Source of the DNA: Harriotta raleighana
Lineage: Eukaryota
NCBI GenBank assembly: GCA_050575255.1
Contig: JBNZDD010013605.1
Location: 1,821,368 to 1,885,367, forward strand
Reading direction: 5' to 3'
Length of the DNA stretch: 64,000 nt
How positions within the stretch are numbered: the stretch's first letter is position 1; every line of letters begins with the position of its first letter. The notes under the pieces were generated by a model, which was not told where the DNA came from, ran no database searches, and was given only the letters and a program-made list of their open reading frames with translations. The position numbers and the translations under genes are program-made. This document shows, in pieces, positions 14,601 to 29,500 of the stretch.

Positions 14601-17600
14601 TAATAAGATTGCATTACTTTGATGAAAGTGTGAAAAGCTTTGGTAAGGTGAATGCAAATAGACTTTTCCACGTTTCTGGACAAAGATAAAACTGTCTCGA
14701 AAGGCTAAGACCAGGAGGAATTTAGGGTTTTTTCCCCTGGGGACTTCCTTCATAGGTAGATTCCTAGCTCACGTCTGAGTCTGCATATTCTTTTCAATTT
14801 TTCCTTTTCAAGTACCTCGATGTAATTCACTATTTTTCAAAAAATACATCAAGTTGCCCTAAAAACAGTGTATGATAGAGAACTCCGGCCTCCCTCTGTG
14901 CGAAGACATTTTTTTTCCCCAATCTCCCCTTTAATTGGTTTAACATCTCCGAAGGCAGAAGGCACATTTGAAAACTCGGACTTTAAACTTCCACATTGAC
15001 CAATTTCACACGATTTTGAGAATTCCTAAACTGTAAGGGAGAATCCAGCTGTAGGCTAGGACGAGGTGTAATAACATGCTTGTGGAAGGCTTTGCTGTGG
15101 CAGCTTCCGTTTCCGATCTAATCTGCACGGGTGATAAGACTATTTTCTCTGGGAATTCCAGGTGTCCTGGAAGCACCCACCAACCTGCAGTTTGTTGATG
15201 TGGGCGAGACCAAAATCACCATCATGTGGAACGCACCGAACGCCGACGTCACTGGCTACCGAGTCAAGATCCACCCACTCACCCGACCCAGGGAGCCAGC
15301 CTTTGAGTTGCCCATCTCCAAAAATTTTGCTGCGGTCACCAGCCTCTCGCCCGGCACCACCTACCGCTTCGAAGTCTACGCCTTGAACCTCGACACAGAG
15401 AGCACCCCACTGGTCGGGGAGCAAAGCACCAGTGAGTAGACGTTCGCATTTGCTAAACTGGTAGGGTTTCGCTGCTCCCACAATCCAGACTGGGAAGAAC
15501 CACGGGGAGCTCCTCAAAGCCACAGTAAAACTCCCATTCCATTACTGTTGATTTCTGTGGTATTTATCAGAGTAACAATCCTTGCATTTGATGCGAAACC
15601 ATATCACATTGTGGTGATGTCTCAAAGAGGCTTTCTGTACGATTTTTGACTACTATTAGTTCTAGGTCCTGTTTGCCTCGGGATTCCAGTGGCTGTAAAT
15701 AAACTTGATATCCTGCTATAAAATTGGGCATTCACTTTATGGCTGTTCGTGGGGCGTCAACTGTGCACAAATTGGCCGTTATATTTGACTGCACTTCACC
15801 AAAAAATGATCTGAAGTGCTTTGAGGCGACCTGATAACATGGTCAAGTCTCTTATTATATCCATTTTTTTATTCTTAATATCTTATCTCTCAATTGAATT
15901 GGTTGCTCATCTCATTCTTTGCAGGTGGGATGATGCTGATGCTGGTTTAGTTTTCCACATTTGCCTGTAGAAGAACATTCCTCTCGTGCTTTTGACGGTT
16001 GTGTTTTTTTTTCAAAGTGTTCGATGCTAATCTTAAGTAAATGTTTTTGTTAGATGGGATATGGTTTGTCAATTCACCGCTCTGACCACACTGTTGCATT
16101 TACGGTGTCGGCCTGGGCTCAGTTGGCAGTGATTGTGGACCCTCCCAATTCAGTCCTGGGGGATTGCTGCTGTGTCGGGCGTGTTGTGAGATGTTAATAA
16201 AAACAGCGTCCCATCTACTCTTTAGGTGGGCATTAAAAACTCCCCATGGTACTTGGGGGGGAAAAAAACGTCTCCCAGACAAAAATCCTTCTGATAAATT
16301 GGGTCTCTCAAACGTCTATTTGTGGGATATTGGTGAGCACAAAATAACTGCCAATGTTTGCCNTAAAAAAAAGTAGATTTCTCCCAGACAAAAATCCTTC
16401 TGATAAATTGGGTCTCTCAATCGTCTATTTGTGGGATATTGGTGAGCACAAAATAACTGCCAATGTTTGCCTACAAATACAGTCACTGCATTTTTCAGCA
16501 ACAATCTTGTGAAAGGCTTTGAGGCGACTTAATGATGTGATCAGGTGCTATATCGAATGCCACCATAAAATTGTATGCAATACCTGCTTTTAGTACAGCA
16601 CCTTTCATGTAAGGAGGGCGGCTCGTGAAGTGAAGAGACTCTTAAGCTTGTCAGTATCATATGCGTTTCCCATGGTATGCATGTTTGTGCTCGGCCTGTT
16701 CTCTCTGGTGTTCGGCGTCTTGGGATTTTCACGTGTCTTGCTTGCGTGTCTCTCACAAATAGAACTGGATTCCCCAACCAATCTCGAGTTCAGAAACGTG
16801 AGCGATATATCTGCGATCGTGATCTGGACGCCGCCTATGGCCAGAATTACTGGCTATCTCCTCGTCTGGGGCCTGACCACCGGGGGGCAGCCCAAGACCG
16901 ACAACTTGAGACCAGGTGTCACTCGCTACCACCTGAAGAGACTCCAGCCCGGAACAGAGTACGTTGTGGCTCTCACTGCTGTGCAGGATAACCAGCAAAG
17001 CCCGAGAATCCACAGCATGCTGACCACCCGTGAGTTTGCCTCTCGCCTGTGTTCCTTCCCCCACCCCCTCCCTTTCTCTGGTGGTGTAGACCTGACCGCT
17101 GCACAACTGTGGTGCTGGTTACGGCTGTGTGTCCACACATTATTGTTGAGAGCACAAACAGAAAAGATCTGTTGCATTTGAACCAGTGTTGATAATTGTC
17201 AGGTGACATTTCGGGAGCGAGCGAGGGTGGGGTGAAATGCAGATAGGGATAAGGATGGCAGTGGGGCAGTAGGTGGGGGGGAACCCCCTTCCCCAACCCT
17301 CCCAAGACTTCAGGATCGGATGCAGTGTTTGTACACGCGTTTTTAAAATGTTTTTCTTTTGATTGCAGTGGAGTCTGTGGGGCCAATTCCTAACTTTAAC
17401 ACTGAAGTGTCCGACACAGATGTCATGATTACCTGGACTCCCATTGAGAGGATTTCCTTTAGGGTGAGAATGCTCCACGCATTGAATCATTGGTTCATTA
17501 AAATGATGCCAGTTAAATAACAATGAATTATTGCCTTTGATTTATGGCAGCTACAATTTCAAAACATCTCCACACCTAGTCACAGGGAGTGGCTGCGTGC

Positions 17601-20530
17601 GTCAATGAGTGTTTTAGTGGATGTGAGCTCGGATTTCAAATCGATCGACTCAAACATATGTGTGGCCATGGTCTCTGGGTGAGGGCCTGAGACTGTTAGC
17701 TCTCTGGTTTCATACAGATGTGTGGCTGGGAGTACAATTTCTTCTTTCCTCTTTTATTAGGTTAGAGTCTGGCCAAGCCAGGGTGGAGAGAATCCAAAAG
17801 AAGAAATTTCAGACACTGGCCTGATTGTTATCACAGGCCTGACGTCGGGAATCGAATACACGGTTGAAATCTCGCTGCTGGACGAAGGGCAGGAAAGGGA
17901 TATCCCCATTGTTAAGAAAATTGTTACCGGTGAGCTCCTAACTTGTTAACATCCCACCGAGGAGGGGAGGGGGGTGGGGGACTGCGTTGTAAAATTTGAC
18001 TACGCGTTGGTGATCATAATCCCGAACTCCCCAGAGCCCCCTCGTGTACTACAAACAACAACAAAAACATTGCATTGATAGAGCTGCCTGCTTTCACTGT
18101 GCATTTGTTATATCGATTGACGTTGTGTGACCTCTTCACACACAGAGCTTTCCCCACCGACTGATCTGCAAGTCCAGTCCAACCCTGGCACTGGAGAAAT
18201 CACAGTCACCTGGCAAGAAACCGCCTCACCAGGTAATGGAAACATTGGCACATTTTCACTCTGGATTCATTTGAAATTGCTGTTCTATTTGCTCCCGTAC
18301 TGTGGTGATGTGTGTTGCGCTCTCTGAGAGACACTTTAACTCTTGGTTTCGTAGAGGAGTACACTTTCTATGGGAGACTTCAGAGAGGAACCTCGGAGAG
18401 ATGCGTTAACATTTTAAATGGCATTGAAATAAGTAAATCCAGGTGAATACGTCTGGATGCACTAAGACAGCAGTACAAGAGGACGAAAGTTTATAGTTGT
18501 AAAGAGCAATATCAGGACACACACTGGGTTTCGCTCAGCTACAGCGTAGTTAACAAAGGGTGGTTGAGGCCAGGGCTCGTTTACAAAATGCCTTGACTGC
18601 ATTGAGCTACTCTTAGTTGTTTTGCTGATCTGATCAGAAACTGAAAATAGAATTAATTTAATGTCCTTATAATCAAAAAAAACAAGACTGTTTAGTATTA
18701 CTGTCGGAGATTAATGTCCGTTGAACGGTATTTCCAGGAAACTCCTCCTGGGACAGGATTAGCTGTATTTATCTAGCATTTCAGTGTGTCCTAAATTTTG
18801 GAAAAGATATTTAATTTAAGTTTTTTGTTTTTTTTTGGCTTTTGAACTAATCCGTTTTTCATTGCGAAACGCCCTGTTTAGACGTGACGGGTTACCGAGT
18901 GACGTGCGCTCCCAGGGATGGTCAGCAAGGCGGGAGCACAATCGAGGAGTATGTCCAAGTGGGTCAGAACTACTGGAGCACGGAAAACCTGAGCCCCGGT
19001 GTTGAATACAACGTCAGCGTTTACACTATAAAAGGCAACTCGGAAAGTGTTCCGGTTTCCACAATAGTAACGCAAGGTAAAACAATAAAACGAGTGCCAG
19101 AGCCTCTCGCCAATTCAAGGGATTTGAGGACAGCCTCTGCGGCCACTGTTCATGTAATGGGTGAGAGTGTTTGTAATGGGTGAGGGTCCGTCTCCCGATG
19201 GTAGACTTGGGGGCACCATTGTCCACTGGTGCAGGTAGGACGCACTTTGGGGCTTCTGAATCTTTTACATCCGCTTTCTCTTAATGCCACAATATGAGCA
19301 TTTTATTTCATGCTTGAAATGCAGATGCCGATTTCCACTCACCCACCCCACCACCCCACCCACCCCACCCCCACCACCCACCCCACCCCCACCACCCCCG
19401 CCGCCAATGCTCAAATAGCCTTCATTGTCTCAACTGCACCTTCTTTCATCGAAGAGCTTTTCATTTAAACGGAGCTCCCGCTGTAGCTGTCACTAACTTG
19501 TGTGCCTCGGACTAATAGAAGGCCTTTCAAGCTCTGGGTTAAAGGTGATATGAAAAATGGCTGAAACATTTTTTTTANACCCCACCCCCACCACCCACCC
19601 CACCCCCACCACCCCCGCCGCCAATGCTCAAATAGCCTTCATTGTCTCAACTGCACCTTCTTTCATCGAAGAGCTTTTCATTTAAACGGAGCTCCCGCTG
19701 TAGCTGTCACTAACTTGTGTGCCTCGGACTAATAGAAGGCCTTTCAAGCTCTGGGTTAAAGGTGATATGAAAAATGGCTGAAACATTTTTTTTAAAAAAA
19801 GCTAAATTTAAATAATACAATAATGGATCGGATCTTAAAATTGTTAAGTTCTTAAAATTGTATCTCGTATGGTATAAAGGAGCTTTATCAGCCTCAGTCG
19901 CTGCACTTTGCAGCACGCTTTTGAAGCGATTTGGGACATCCTCCCAATGTGAAAGGCGCTGTCACAAATGTAAAGTAGTTATTATAATTTGACGTATGTT
20001 TTCTGAGTGCGATTAATCTTAAACAGGGTAAGTGCTCGGGGAGTAAAAGAAGCATTAATGCATATCACCTTTTGAACGCTTCTTCGCTGCAAATCAAATC
20101 ATTCTTAAAAGCTATCATGCTGTTCATTTCTTTCTCACCATATTTCCTCCTTGTTGCCATTTAACTGATTAGACGTCCCGCAGCTCACTGACCTCACCTT
20201 CGTCGATGTTAGCGACTCCAGCATTGGTCTCAGATGGACACCACTAAACTATTCCACCATTACTGGCTACCGCATCACGGTCATTGCCGCCGGGGAATCG
20301 GTTCCTATATTTGAAGATTTTGTGAGCTCGTCTAGAGGATATTACACTGTTTACGGACTGGAGCCCGGGATACACTACGACATCAGTGTTGTCACTCTTG
20401 TAGAGGGTGGTGAGAGTATTGCTACAACTCGACAACAGCAAACTGGTGAATTTGGAACTATTTTTGCCCGCCTGTACCCCCCCAGCGGTCCAGTGCCCGC
20501 AGTGTGATATGATTTTACTAAACTCTTGTT

Positions 20531-20599
<69 letters not shown>

Positions 20600-23500
20600 G
20601 GTTTCCCTCCAAATTTGCACGAGTCGTCGCTGCACTTTTGCCCTCAGGGGGGGTGTTTTGCCCCCAAAAAGTGACGCTCGATGACTGACCCTCAAACTAA
20701 ATGCATGTAGCATTGTATGGTATGTGATCTCCCTGTGTGGATGTGGGTGTGGGTGTGCGAGCATGAGTTGAGTTTGTGCTTGTGTGGTTTTTAGATGGCA
20801 TCGCATGATGGATTGTTCTTCCTACGAAATGGGACCTTGAAATATACTTTTACCAAAGAACACATCGGGAGCAGATTTCTGCTGACTCTAATGTTTTTTT
20901 GCGGTGGGCGGTGGGAGGAGGTGATAGTGGTGTCTATCCTCTCGTGTTAACACACACGAGGCACAAGATTTCGTCACTCTTTTTTTCTTCTTCTTCTTCT
21001 TCAAAGGAAAAACAATCCAGCATTGGAGAGTCTTGACTGTTTGTTGCATGTCAGGTGGTTTCCACGGGNGGCATCGCATGATGGATTGTTCTTCCTACGA
21101 AATGGGACCTTGAAATATACTTTTACCAAAGAACACATCGGGAGCAGATTTCTGCTGACTCTTCTGTTTTTTTGCGGTGGGCGGTGGGAGGAGGTGATGG
21201 TGGTGTCTATCCTCTCTTGTTAACACACACGAGGCACAAGATTTCGTCACTCTTTTTTTCTTCTTCTTCTTCTTCAAAGGAAAAACAATCCAGCATTGGA
21301 GAGTCTTGACTGTTTGTTGCATGTCAGGTGGTTTCCACGGGAATAACTGGAATCTTCTCTTTTAATTTCAATGAACTCCTAGAAAGACTCGGATGAGCCT
21401 GTGCAGGATACAACAACGAGTCCCAGATTTCATGCAGCGGTCAACAAATAGTCATCTTTTTTGTTACTTGGGAGACAAAATGGTCCTTTTTGCTGAAAAG
21501 AGCCATTTGCTAATTCTGCTAAAAAAAAATATATATATTTTTTAAAAGACTGGGGAATCCTGCTATAAAATTATTGCGGAATCCTGTTATAAACTTAGTG
21601 GGTATCCTGTTAAAAGACGTATGGGGATAATGCCCACTGTCAGTAATGGGAGTGCTGTCACTCTGTGGTTTATATAGCATTCACCTTGCATTCGAGAGAC
21701 CTGGGTTCAATTCCAGGCAGGCTGAAACCTTGGGCAAGTTTCCTTGCTCCATAATCCCTCAAAAAAACAATAATAAATTATTATTGGGACACTTCTGTTT
21801 GCAATTGGCTGCTGTGTTTCGCCCACATATATAGATTCACTTTACAGTATATTCAGTGTAGTGCTTCTGGGATGTCTAGAAGTCGTGAAAAGCGCTATAT
21901 CAAATGCAAGAATTATTCTTATTCTTATAAAATAATAAGGAAATCCCTCTAAACAATGGGGGTTCTCTCTGTAAACAACGAGGATGATAATAATCTTTGT
22001 GTTTGGTAAAGTGCCTTATCAGGTCAGAAAGATGTCTCAAAACCACTTCACAGAATTTACTGTGAAATTCAGTGGCTGTATTCTGCAGGCAAAAATACTC
22101 CTTATAGAATTCTCCCTATAAACCATCAGGATTCCCACATAAACACTCGGACTTCCATTATAATCTCCTTAAAAACAGAATCCCACTGCAAACGAGTAAC
22201 AAAAAAATTATAACTATTTGCAACGATCTGCAGACGTTTGTGTCTTTTGTGGGGCTCGATTCTTCTAACATATTGGGTTCCACTCGATTTCTGTGTGCTG
22301 GAAAGAGTTGAAATGTCTGCTTGCATTAACCTGGGCCATTCAGCCACGAATGCATGATTCTTGTGTACATTTTTTTTTTGGTCATGTTCTCCCCTGCGCT
22401 CTCATCTTGTATGTCGGCCTGTTCCGGAGAGAAGCTGTTCATTGACTAGCGTTCCGTTTCTCCTTTGCAGTGGTCCCCTCACCCACTGATCTGCGCTTTA
22501 CCAATGTGGGCGGGGACACGATGCGAGTCAGCTGGACACCACCCAATTCAGTTGACCTCAGCAACTTCCTGGTGACCTACTTCCCCATCAAGAATGAGGA
22601 CGATGAAACCAGAGTAACTATTTCGCCTTCAGATAGCATGGTCGTGCTGAGAGGTAAAGAGAGTTTTTTTTAAAATCTATAAATCTCCATGTGTGGGGTC
22701 GGACCAATAATTCACATGCTATTATTGGGGCCATTGTGATCATAATAATCCTTGCATTTGATATAGCGCTTTTCACATCTTCTAGATGTCTCTAAAAGCG
22801 CTTCACAGAATATACTGTAAAGTGAATTGACTGTACTATATGTATATTGTGGATGAACGGAGCAGCCAATTGCGCACAGCAGCATCCCCCAAAACAGTCA
22901 TGTGGAAGAGATGGATTTGGCTTTAGATGCTCAACTGAGGGTCTCGTATAATACACTCAGTGAGCAGGTGGAGTCTCGGTTTAAAGTCTCAACTCAGAAA
23001 ATGGCACTAATATCACTGCACTGATCCACCAGAACTGCAAGGTCTCGGGCCAGGCTGTGAGCTCAAAAGCCCCAATGTGTGACCTTGATCCCACAATGTT
23101 CTGACCTGAGAGGCCCAGAGTGCCACCGAAAGTGATGANGCCATCTTAATGTCTTAGTGGAGCTCCTGTGGCTTAATGGTTAGAGCACTCGCCTTGCAAG
23201 CATGAGACCTGTGTTCGTAATCCAGGCAGATCAGGGCGAAACCTTGGGCAAGTTTCCTTACTCCACACACATGCCTGATAATAATCCCTCCAAAAACACC
23301 ACAATAATAAAATTGGTCANACCGTTGTAATGTCTTAATGTCTTAGTGGAGCTCCTGTGGCTTAATGGTTAGAGCACTCGCCTTGCAAGCATGAGACCTG
23401 TGTTCGTAATCCAGGCAGATCAGGGCGAAACCTTGGGCAAGTTTCCTTACTCCACACACATGCCTGATAATAATCCCTCCAAAAACACCACAATAATAAA

Positions 23501-26500
23501 ATTGGTCATTTCAATCCATGACTGTGTGAGGACGCTGCTGTGCGCAATTGGCTGCCATGTTCCGCCCACAAATATACAGTCAATTCACTTTACAGTGTAT
23601 TCTGTGAAGCGCTTTGGGACGTCGATAAGATGTAAAAAGCGCTATATCAAATGCAAGGATTATTATTATTAATTAAACCTCATTAGAAATGATGTTTCAG
23701 TTGTTTGATCTGGAGACGACCAGAATAACATTATTGAATGTGCTTGTGTCCCTTCAGATCTGCACCCTGGTACTGAATACGAGGTTCATGTCTTCTCTGT
23801 GATTGATGAGCGTCAGAGCACACCACTCGTTGGATTCCAGAAAACAGGTACAATACAAACAAAAGTGGGTAAACTTGTCTTTTTTTTTTTTTTTGGCAAG
23901 GCTTGGCTTGGCTTCTGGAGAAGTAAAATTCCCTCGGATTCATCCCACTACTGGTTAATCCACGCTTCACTATTGTCACATTGCAAAATGTATTCTCAAA
24001 TTCGCATGTTTTTATAGACGTTGTATCATTTTGAATGGCTGGGAATGGGCAAAAAAAAAAAAATGCCCAGGTTTAATTATAATAATAATACAGTAATAAT
24101 CGAGTGTTATAATAGCAGAGAGTGATGAGAGCACTGGCACAGATCTCTTCGACCGTGCCTTCAACTCCCCTCTCGAGTCTCTACCCCCTCCTTGCTCCCA
24201 TCCTTCCCCCCCCCCCTCGCCCTGAACATTTTCCCTTGCTCGGGTCCTGAACCAATCTGTCCAGCGCCTTGGGACGTCCTCCTGACGTGAAACGCGCTCT
24301 ATAAGTGTAATTTTGTTGTTGTTGTTGTTGTTGTTGTTATTCTGCCTTAATTGTACGAGTTTCACTGATGCAACATGTTCAGCTACCGGGAATCTTTAGT
24401 CTTTGTGGTGGATTGACCACACTATTCCGAAGCTTTTCCCAGTGTGCTTGTCAAGTTGCGAAAGTGTAGCTCTCTATGAGAAGACAGCAATGGATTGCGT
24501 CTACATGTAGACTTCATGCGCAAAATGGGGCAGCCTTTGCTTGGCGGGCAAACGATTCAGTTTGCGGATTCATTTCTTTTCCTCTGCAACAATATTGGAC
24601 CAGAAATATGTTCTCCTAAAAATATTCAAGCTATTCAAATACTTCAAACATTACGTTTTTCTCCTGTGCTTGATTCACCCACTGCAAGCTCAGCAGCCAA
24701 GTTGATCAATGTTTCGCCAGCAAGATCCAAGTTTTTACACTGTATTTGTATTATAACATATCTTATACTTATAATTTCATGTTCCAGGAGTGACTGGCAG
24801 CCGAGGCCTGGGCTAACGTTGGGTCGTAATGTTTCCTTTGGCGTTTGTTTGTGCTCTCCTAGGCATTGACTCCCCAACTGGCATTGACTTCTCTGAGACG
24901 ACTACCACCTCGTTCACTGTGCATTGGATTGCCCCCCATGCCCCAGTGACGGGGTACAGAATACGGTTCCAAGCTGAAAGTGGATCAAAGATAAAGGATG
25001 AACGTGTACCCGGGTCTCGCACCTCTATTCTCCTGACTGGTCTGACTCCAGGCACCGAGTACATCGTCAGTGTCTTCGCTCGCAATGGCCCTCAGGAAAG
25101 CTACCCTCTGGTCGGCCACCAGTCCACAAGTAAGTGTTCAAGGGGGTCAAACCATTTGGATAACGTGAGCGCAAGATCTTCTACCATTGAATTGTGTAAC
25201 TCGCGGGGAGGAATAATAACAATAATAATCCTTGCATTTTGACACAGTGCCTTATCATGTCTTTGAGACATCTCCCAACGCACTTCACCAAATATACTGT
25301 ACAGTGAATTGACTACATTTCGTGGTCGAAATGCAGCAGCCAATTGTGCACAGCAGCGTCCTACAACAGATGTGGATCGAGTGACCAAATGTTTTTTGTA
25401 AAATAACTTCTGAACTTTTATTAGCATTGCTCTATAGGTTTCACATGTCACATCACCAAGCATCTGCCTGCTTCATATGGCCCCTGCCCTATCTGCCCCA
25501 CTGTCGATGGGTGGGCTGGCTTTCAGCTATGCTGCTCCCACTCTCTGGGAATCTATCCTGGAGGTTCCCCTCCCTCCTTCCCCTCTTTCAAGGCCTGTCT
25601 TAAAACATGCCACTTTATAAATGTTAATTGAATTGTTTATTAAAGGGCTAATCTCATTTCAACATAGAATTGTAGAAATTGCAGCTCGGAAGGAGGCCAT
25701 TCCACCCATGGTGCATCAGTTGGTACAAGGTCTTCCATTGATATTGTAACCCCAATTCCCTGCAATGTATCTGTATCCTTTTATATAATGCCGTACATCT
25801 ATCTTAAGTGGAGAGGATGTTTCAAACCTCTTATTCTTCCTATTCATCCAGTTCCCTATAAATATTGTTGTGGTCTCGGCCTGAATGGAAGGATGAGTTG
25901 CTTTGCTGAATTATCGTATGTCTTCTTTTTCTCCAGCTTCTGATTCCCCAGTTGATCTAGAGTTTACCAGTTCGACTCCAAAATCCTTGACCATCAGGTG
26001 GACGCCTCCCCCCGTGGCCGTCAGATACTACAGAATAACCTATGGAGAGACGGGTCAGTAATGGTTCAGTACTCTACTTCCATATTCACAAATGAGAGAT
26101 AAGATATGTTGGAAATGTGTTAAGTTTTCAGGTAACTAATCCCCACTTTAATTTCTGTAGAACCCGTGGAAATATTTCATAGTGTAAAGCATGAAAATAA
26201 GGAATATTATTGATTCCTTACAAGGAATATAAATAAGGAAAGGGTCTTTTACGAGAGAAAATGCAGTGAGAGGCACATTATGTCACTGACACGGGGAAAT
26301 TTCCATGTGGCTGCATATGTGAATACACTTGATAAAGTTTCTGTGGTCAGAAGGGTAGGGGGGAGTCAAATTCTTACATATTAAATAAAAGGGAGTTTGA
26401 AGCTCAGGGAGGTTNGATACACTCGATAAGGTTTCTGTGGTCAGAAGGGTAGTGGGGAGTCAAATTCTTACATATGAAATAAAAGGGAGTTTGAAGCTCA

Positions 26501-29500
26501 GGGAGGTTGAGGAGTTTTCAGGAATGAAGACGTTGATGGGAGCCAAGGAATATATATAGCTTCTGTCTTGTCCATGTCCATCTGCAGGAAATTTACACTC
26601 GTCTGTTGCCTTGATGTCTACCACACAAGCTGGTAGAACATCGGCCACTCTGTACTTGTAATAAATCCTCCTGTGTGAAGTGAAGATATTTTAGTTGAAA
26701 GTGATGCCTTTCATTCTATGTTCTGAGCTTTTCCAATCCCAATTAAGGTGTCCCATCCATGATCTCACATAGTCAGAATGCTTGCCCATCAAACTCCTCA
26801 TTATTTGTGTTACAGAGGAGACTTGAGAAAGACTGAATGCTTGTTGATGCAATAGGGGCTCTAGATGATCTCTTGCCTTTTCTCATAGGAGAGCGTAAGC
26901 CTGTGAGAGAGACCACGGTGCCCGGTGGAGAGTCATCCACTACCCTCCACAACCTGCGTCCTGGTACTGAGTACAAAGTAACTGTTTACGCTGTGGCTGG
27001 TCGTGGGGACAGCCCAGCATCCAGCAAACCCGTTGAGGGCATTGAGAGAACAGGTAGGCGCGAAAGCAAAAATATAACACTGATACTGTGTGCGTGGGGG
27101 TGGGGGAGGATGGGGGGAGCGCGGAGTGTGAGTGAATTGAATGAGTGAATGTGAGTGAGAGAATGAACAAAACACTAGCAAAAAATATTACAAATTAGCC
27201 CCGATTGTTACATCGGTCACGGTGTTCAGTGCAATATTAATATTGTTAAGCTCTTCCTTGACTATTGACTGCTTTACTGTTACAGAGATTGACATGCCAA
27301 CTGAACTAGAGGTCAATGAAGGACAAGGGAACAGACTGACAGTCAGATGGAGGCCCCCTATTGCCCCAATCACGGGTTACAGGATCACAAGTGTTCCTAA
27401 GGATGGCCAAGGCCCACCTATAACCAAAACAGTCCCTGCCGGTCAGTAACCACAGTCACTATTGTCAGTGGGAGGAGGAAAATCAGATGTGGAACTTAAT
27501 ACTGAATCTCTGGTTGTGGGGTTGAAGATGGGGCAAGATTCCACTCGGATATTATTTTGTCCAGAATTTGGCAAATTGTTAAAATGAAACCTTCCCATTT
27601 TTAAAATGGAATTTCCAGCAGGTCTTAAAAGCAGTTCTTGAAAAGATCAGCTTCCGAACTAATGCTGCGTTGTTCTGTGTGCACTGAAATGCTCCATAAA
27701 TAAGATGTAATCTAAAGCCAGGTGCAATTTTACCTCAGAATCTACGGTTTAGCATGGAATTCTACAGCTAACGTGAGGTATTCTGAGGGGATGGAGGAAG
27801 AGCACGGAGTTGCGGCAATTAGGATAGTTGTCTTTGTTGGAGGAGTAAACATTGCGCTGTAAGATCTGAGATGATTCCACAGATGTGGAGCTCCTGTGGC
27901 TTAGTGGTTAGAGCACTCGCCTTACAAGCGTGAGACCTGTGTTCGAATCCAGGCAGATCAGGGCGAAACCTTGGGCAAGTTTCCTTACTCCACATGCCCA
28001 ATAATAATCCCTCCAAAAAAAACCACAATAATAACACATTTTAATCTATTACTGTTTGTGGGGGACACTGCTGTACGCAATTGGCTGCTNCACATTTTAA
28101 TCTATTACTGTTTGTGGGGGAGGGGACGGACGCTGCTGTGCGCAATTGGCTGCTGCGTTCCGCCCACAAATATACAGTCAATTCACTTTACAGTATATTC
28201 TGTGAAGCGCTTTGGGACGTCAATAAGATGTGAAAAGCGCTATATCAAATGCAAGGATTATTATTATATAATAAAGCGACAATACTGATTTTAAAACATG
28301 CCTTATATTCGACCTGAAATTCCACCTTGTCTCAGCCTGTGAGGCCATCCTGTGGCAATGTGGAACATTCCTTAATTCATCCATTATTTGGAAATGCTTT
28401 TTCTGCAATTCTTTGTTTTTATTTAAAAAAAAACGTTTTCAAATTCAGCCCGAATTTAAGAATGTTTTACGAAGTTCTTAACTTTAAAAAGTCAAAAGGT
28501 GCACATTTCAGCCATTTGTATTTTCAAATGCTCAGCACTAGATGTTTAATGTATAGGGAATAGGAAAGGAAGAAACCTGGTAACAAACAATGAGTAATAA
28601 AAAAAAGTAATGATGAGTAATAGTTGTGAGTAGTATACAATAACAAGATAGTATTAAATACAATGATGTTGGCAGGAATATCTTAATATGGCATTTATTT
28701 TGGAGCAAACGCACAACTTTTAATTGCTTACTTTTATGTGAGTTTTTAAAATTAATTTCTAGAATTATTTCTTGCACAGAATTCAACTGCAGGGCTGTTA
28801 ACACGGGGACATAGCAGTGAAAGCCATGATTATGTTACGTGCCTTGTCCCTTCCAGGTCAAACCATGGTGACGTTCGAGGGCTTATTGCCAACCGTGGAG
28901 TACTTGGTTAGTGTATCTGCACTGGGTGAGAGGGGAGAGAGCCCACCCCTGACAGAAACAACCTTCACCAGTATGTATTCCCATCCTTTCCATTGATAAA
29001 TGCTGTGAAACAACCCCCTCCTGTTTGGAAAGCCATTTTGACAGACTTCTGTTCCCTTCCTGCGCCTCGCCTCTACCCTAGTTTGAACTGCAATGACTTT
29101 TAAAAAATTTTTTTTACTTGTGTGCTCTGTCCCAAGTTGGAGGAATTGACTTTAAAGAGAAGACTGTATCCTTCAGTTGTCTGGCTCCTTGTGTGTGGAA
29201 ACAAGGCAAATAGATTTGTCCTCGCGTCCATTTATTCCAACGTTTAGATGCGACGACTTTGCCACAATCTCAGTACCATGTCTGTGTAGGTTTCTCTCTT
29301 CCCCCCCCCCCACCCCCACCCCCACTCCCACCCCCACCCCCACCCCCCCCCCACCAATCCCAACTTTGCTGCTCGCTTTGTGCAATGCCTCCTTATGCTT
29401 CCCGCCCTCCAAATTAGATGCCAGCCACACTGTGCCCAGATCTGCCCTCTGAGAGGGACAGACAGTGTAAATCGCCTTGCTACCCCACCGAGCAGTTAGC

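Noticed and set aside
27887-27952. tRNA-like sequences with A and B boxes
   Set aside because: They are SINE heads continuing into SINE bodies and lack a proper acceptor stem; not tRNA genes
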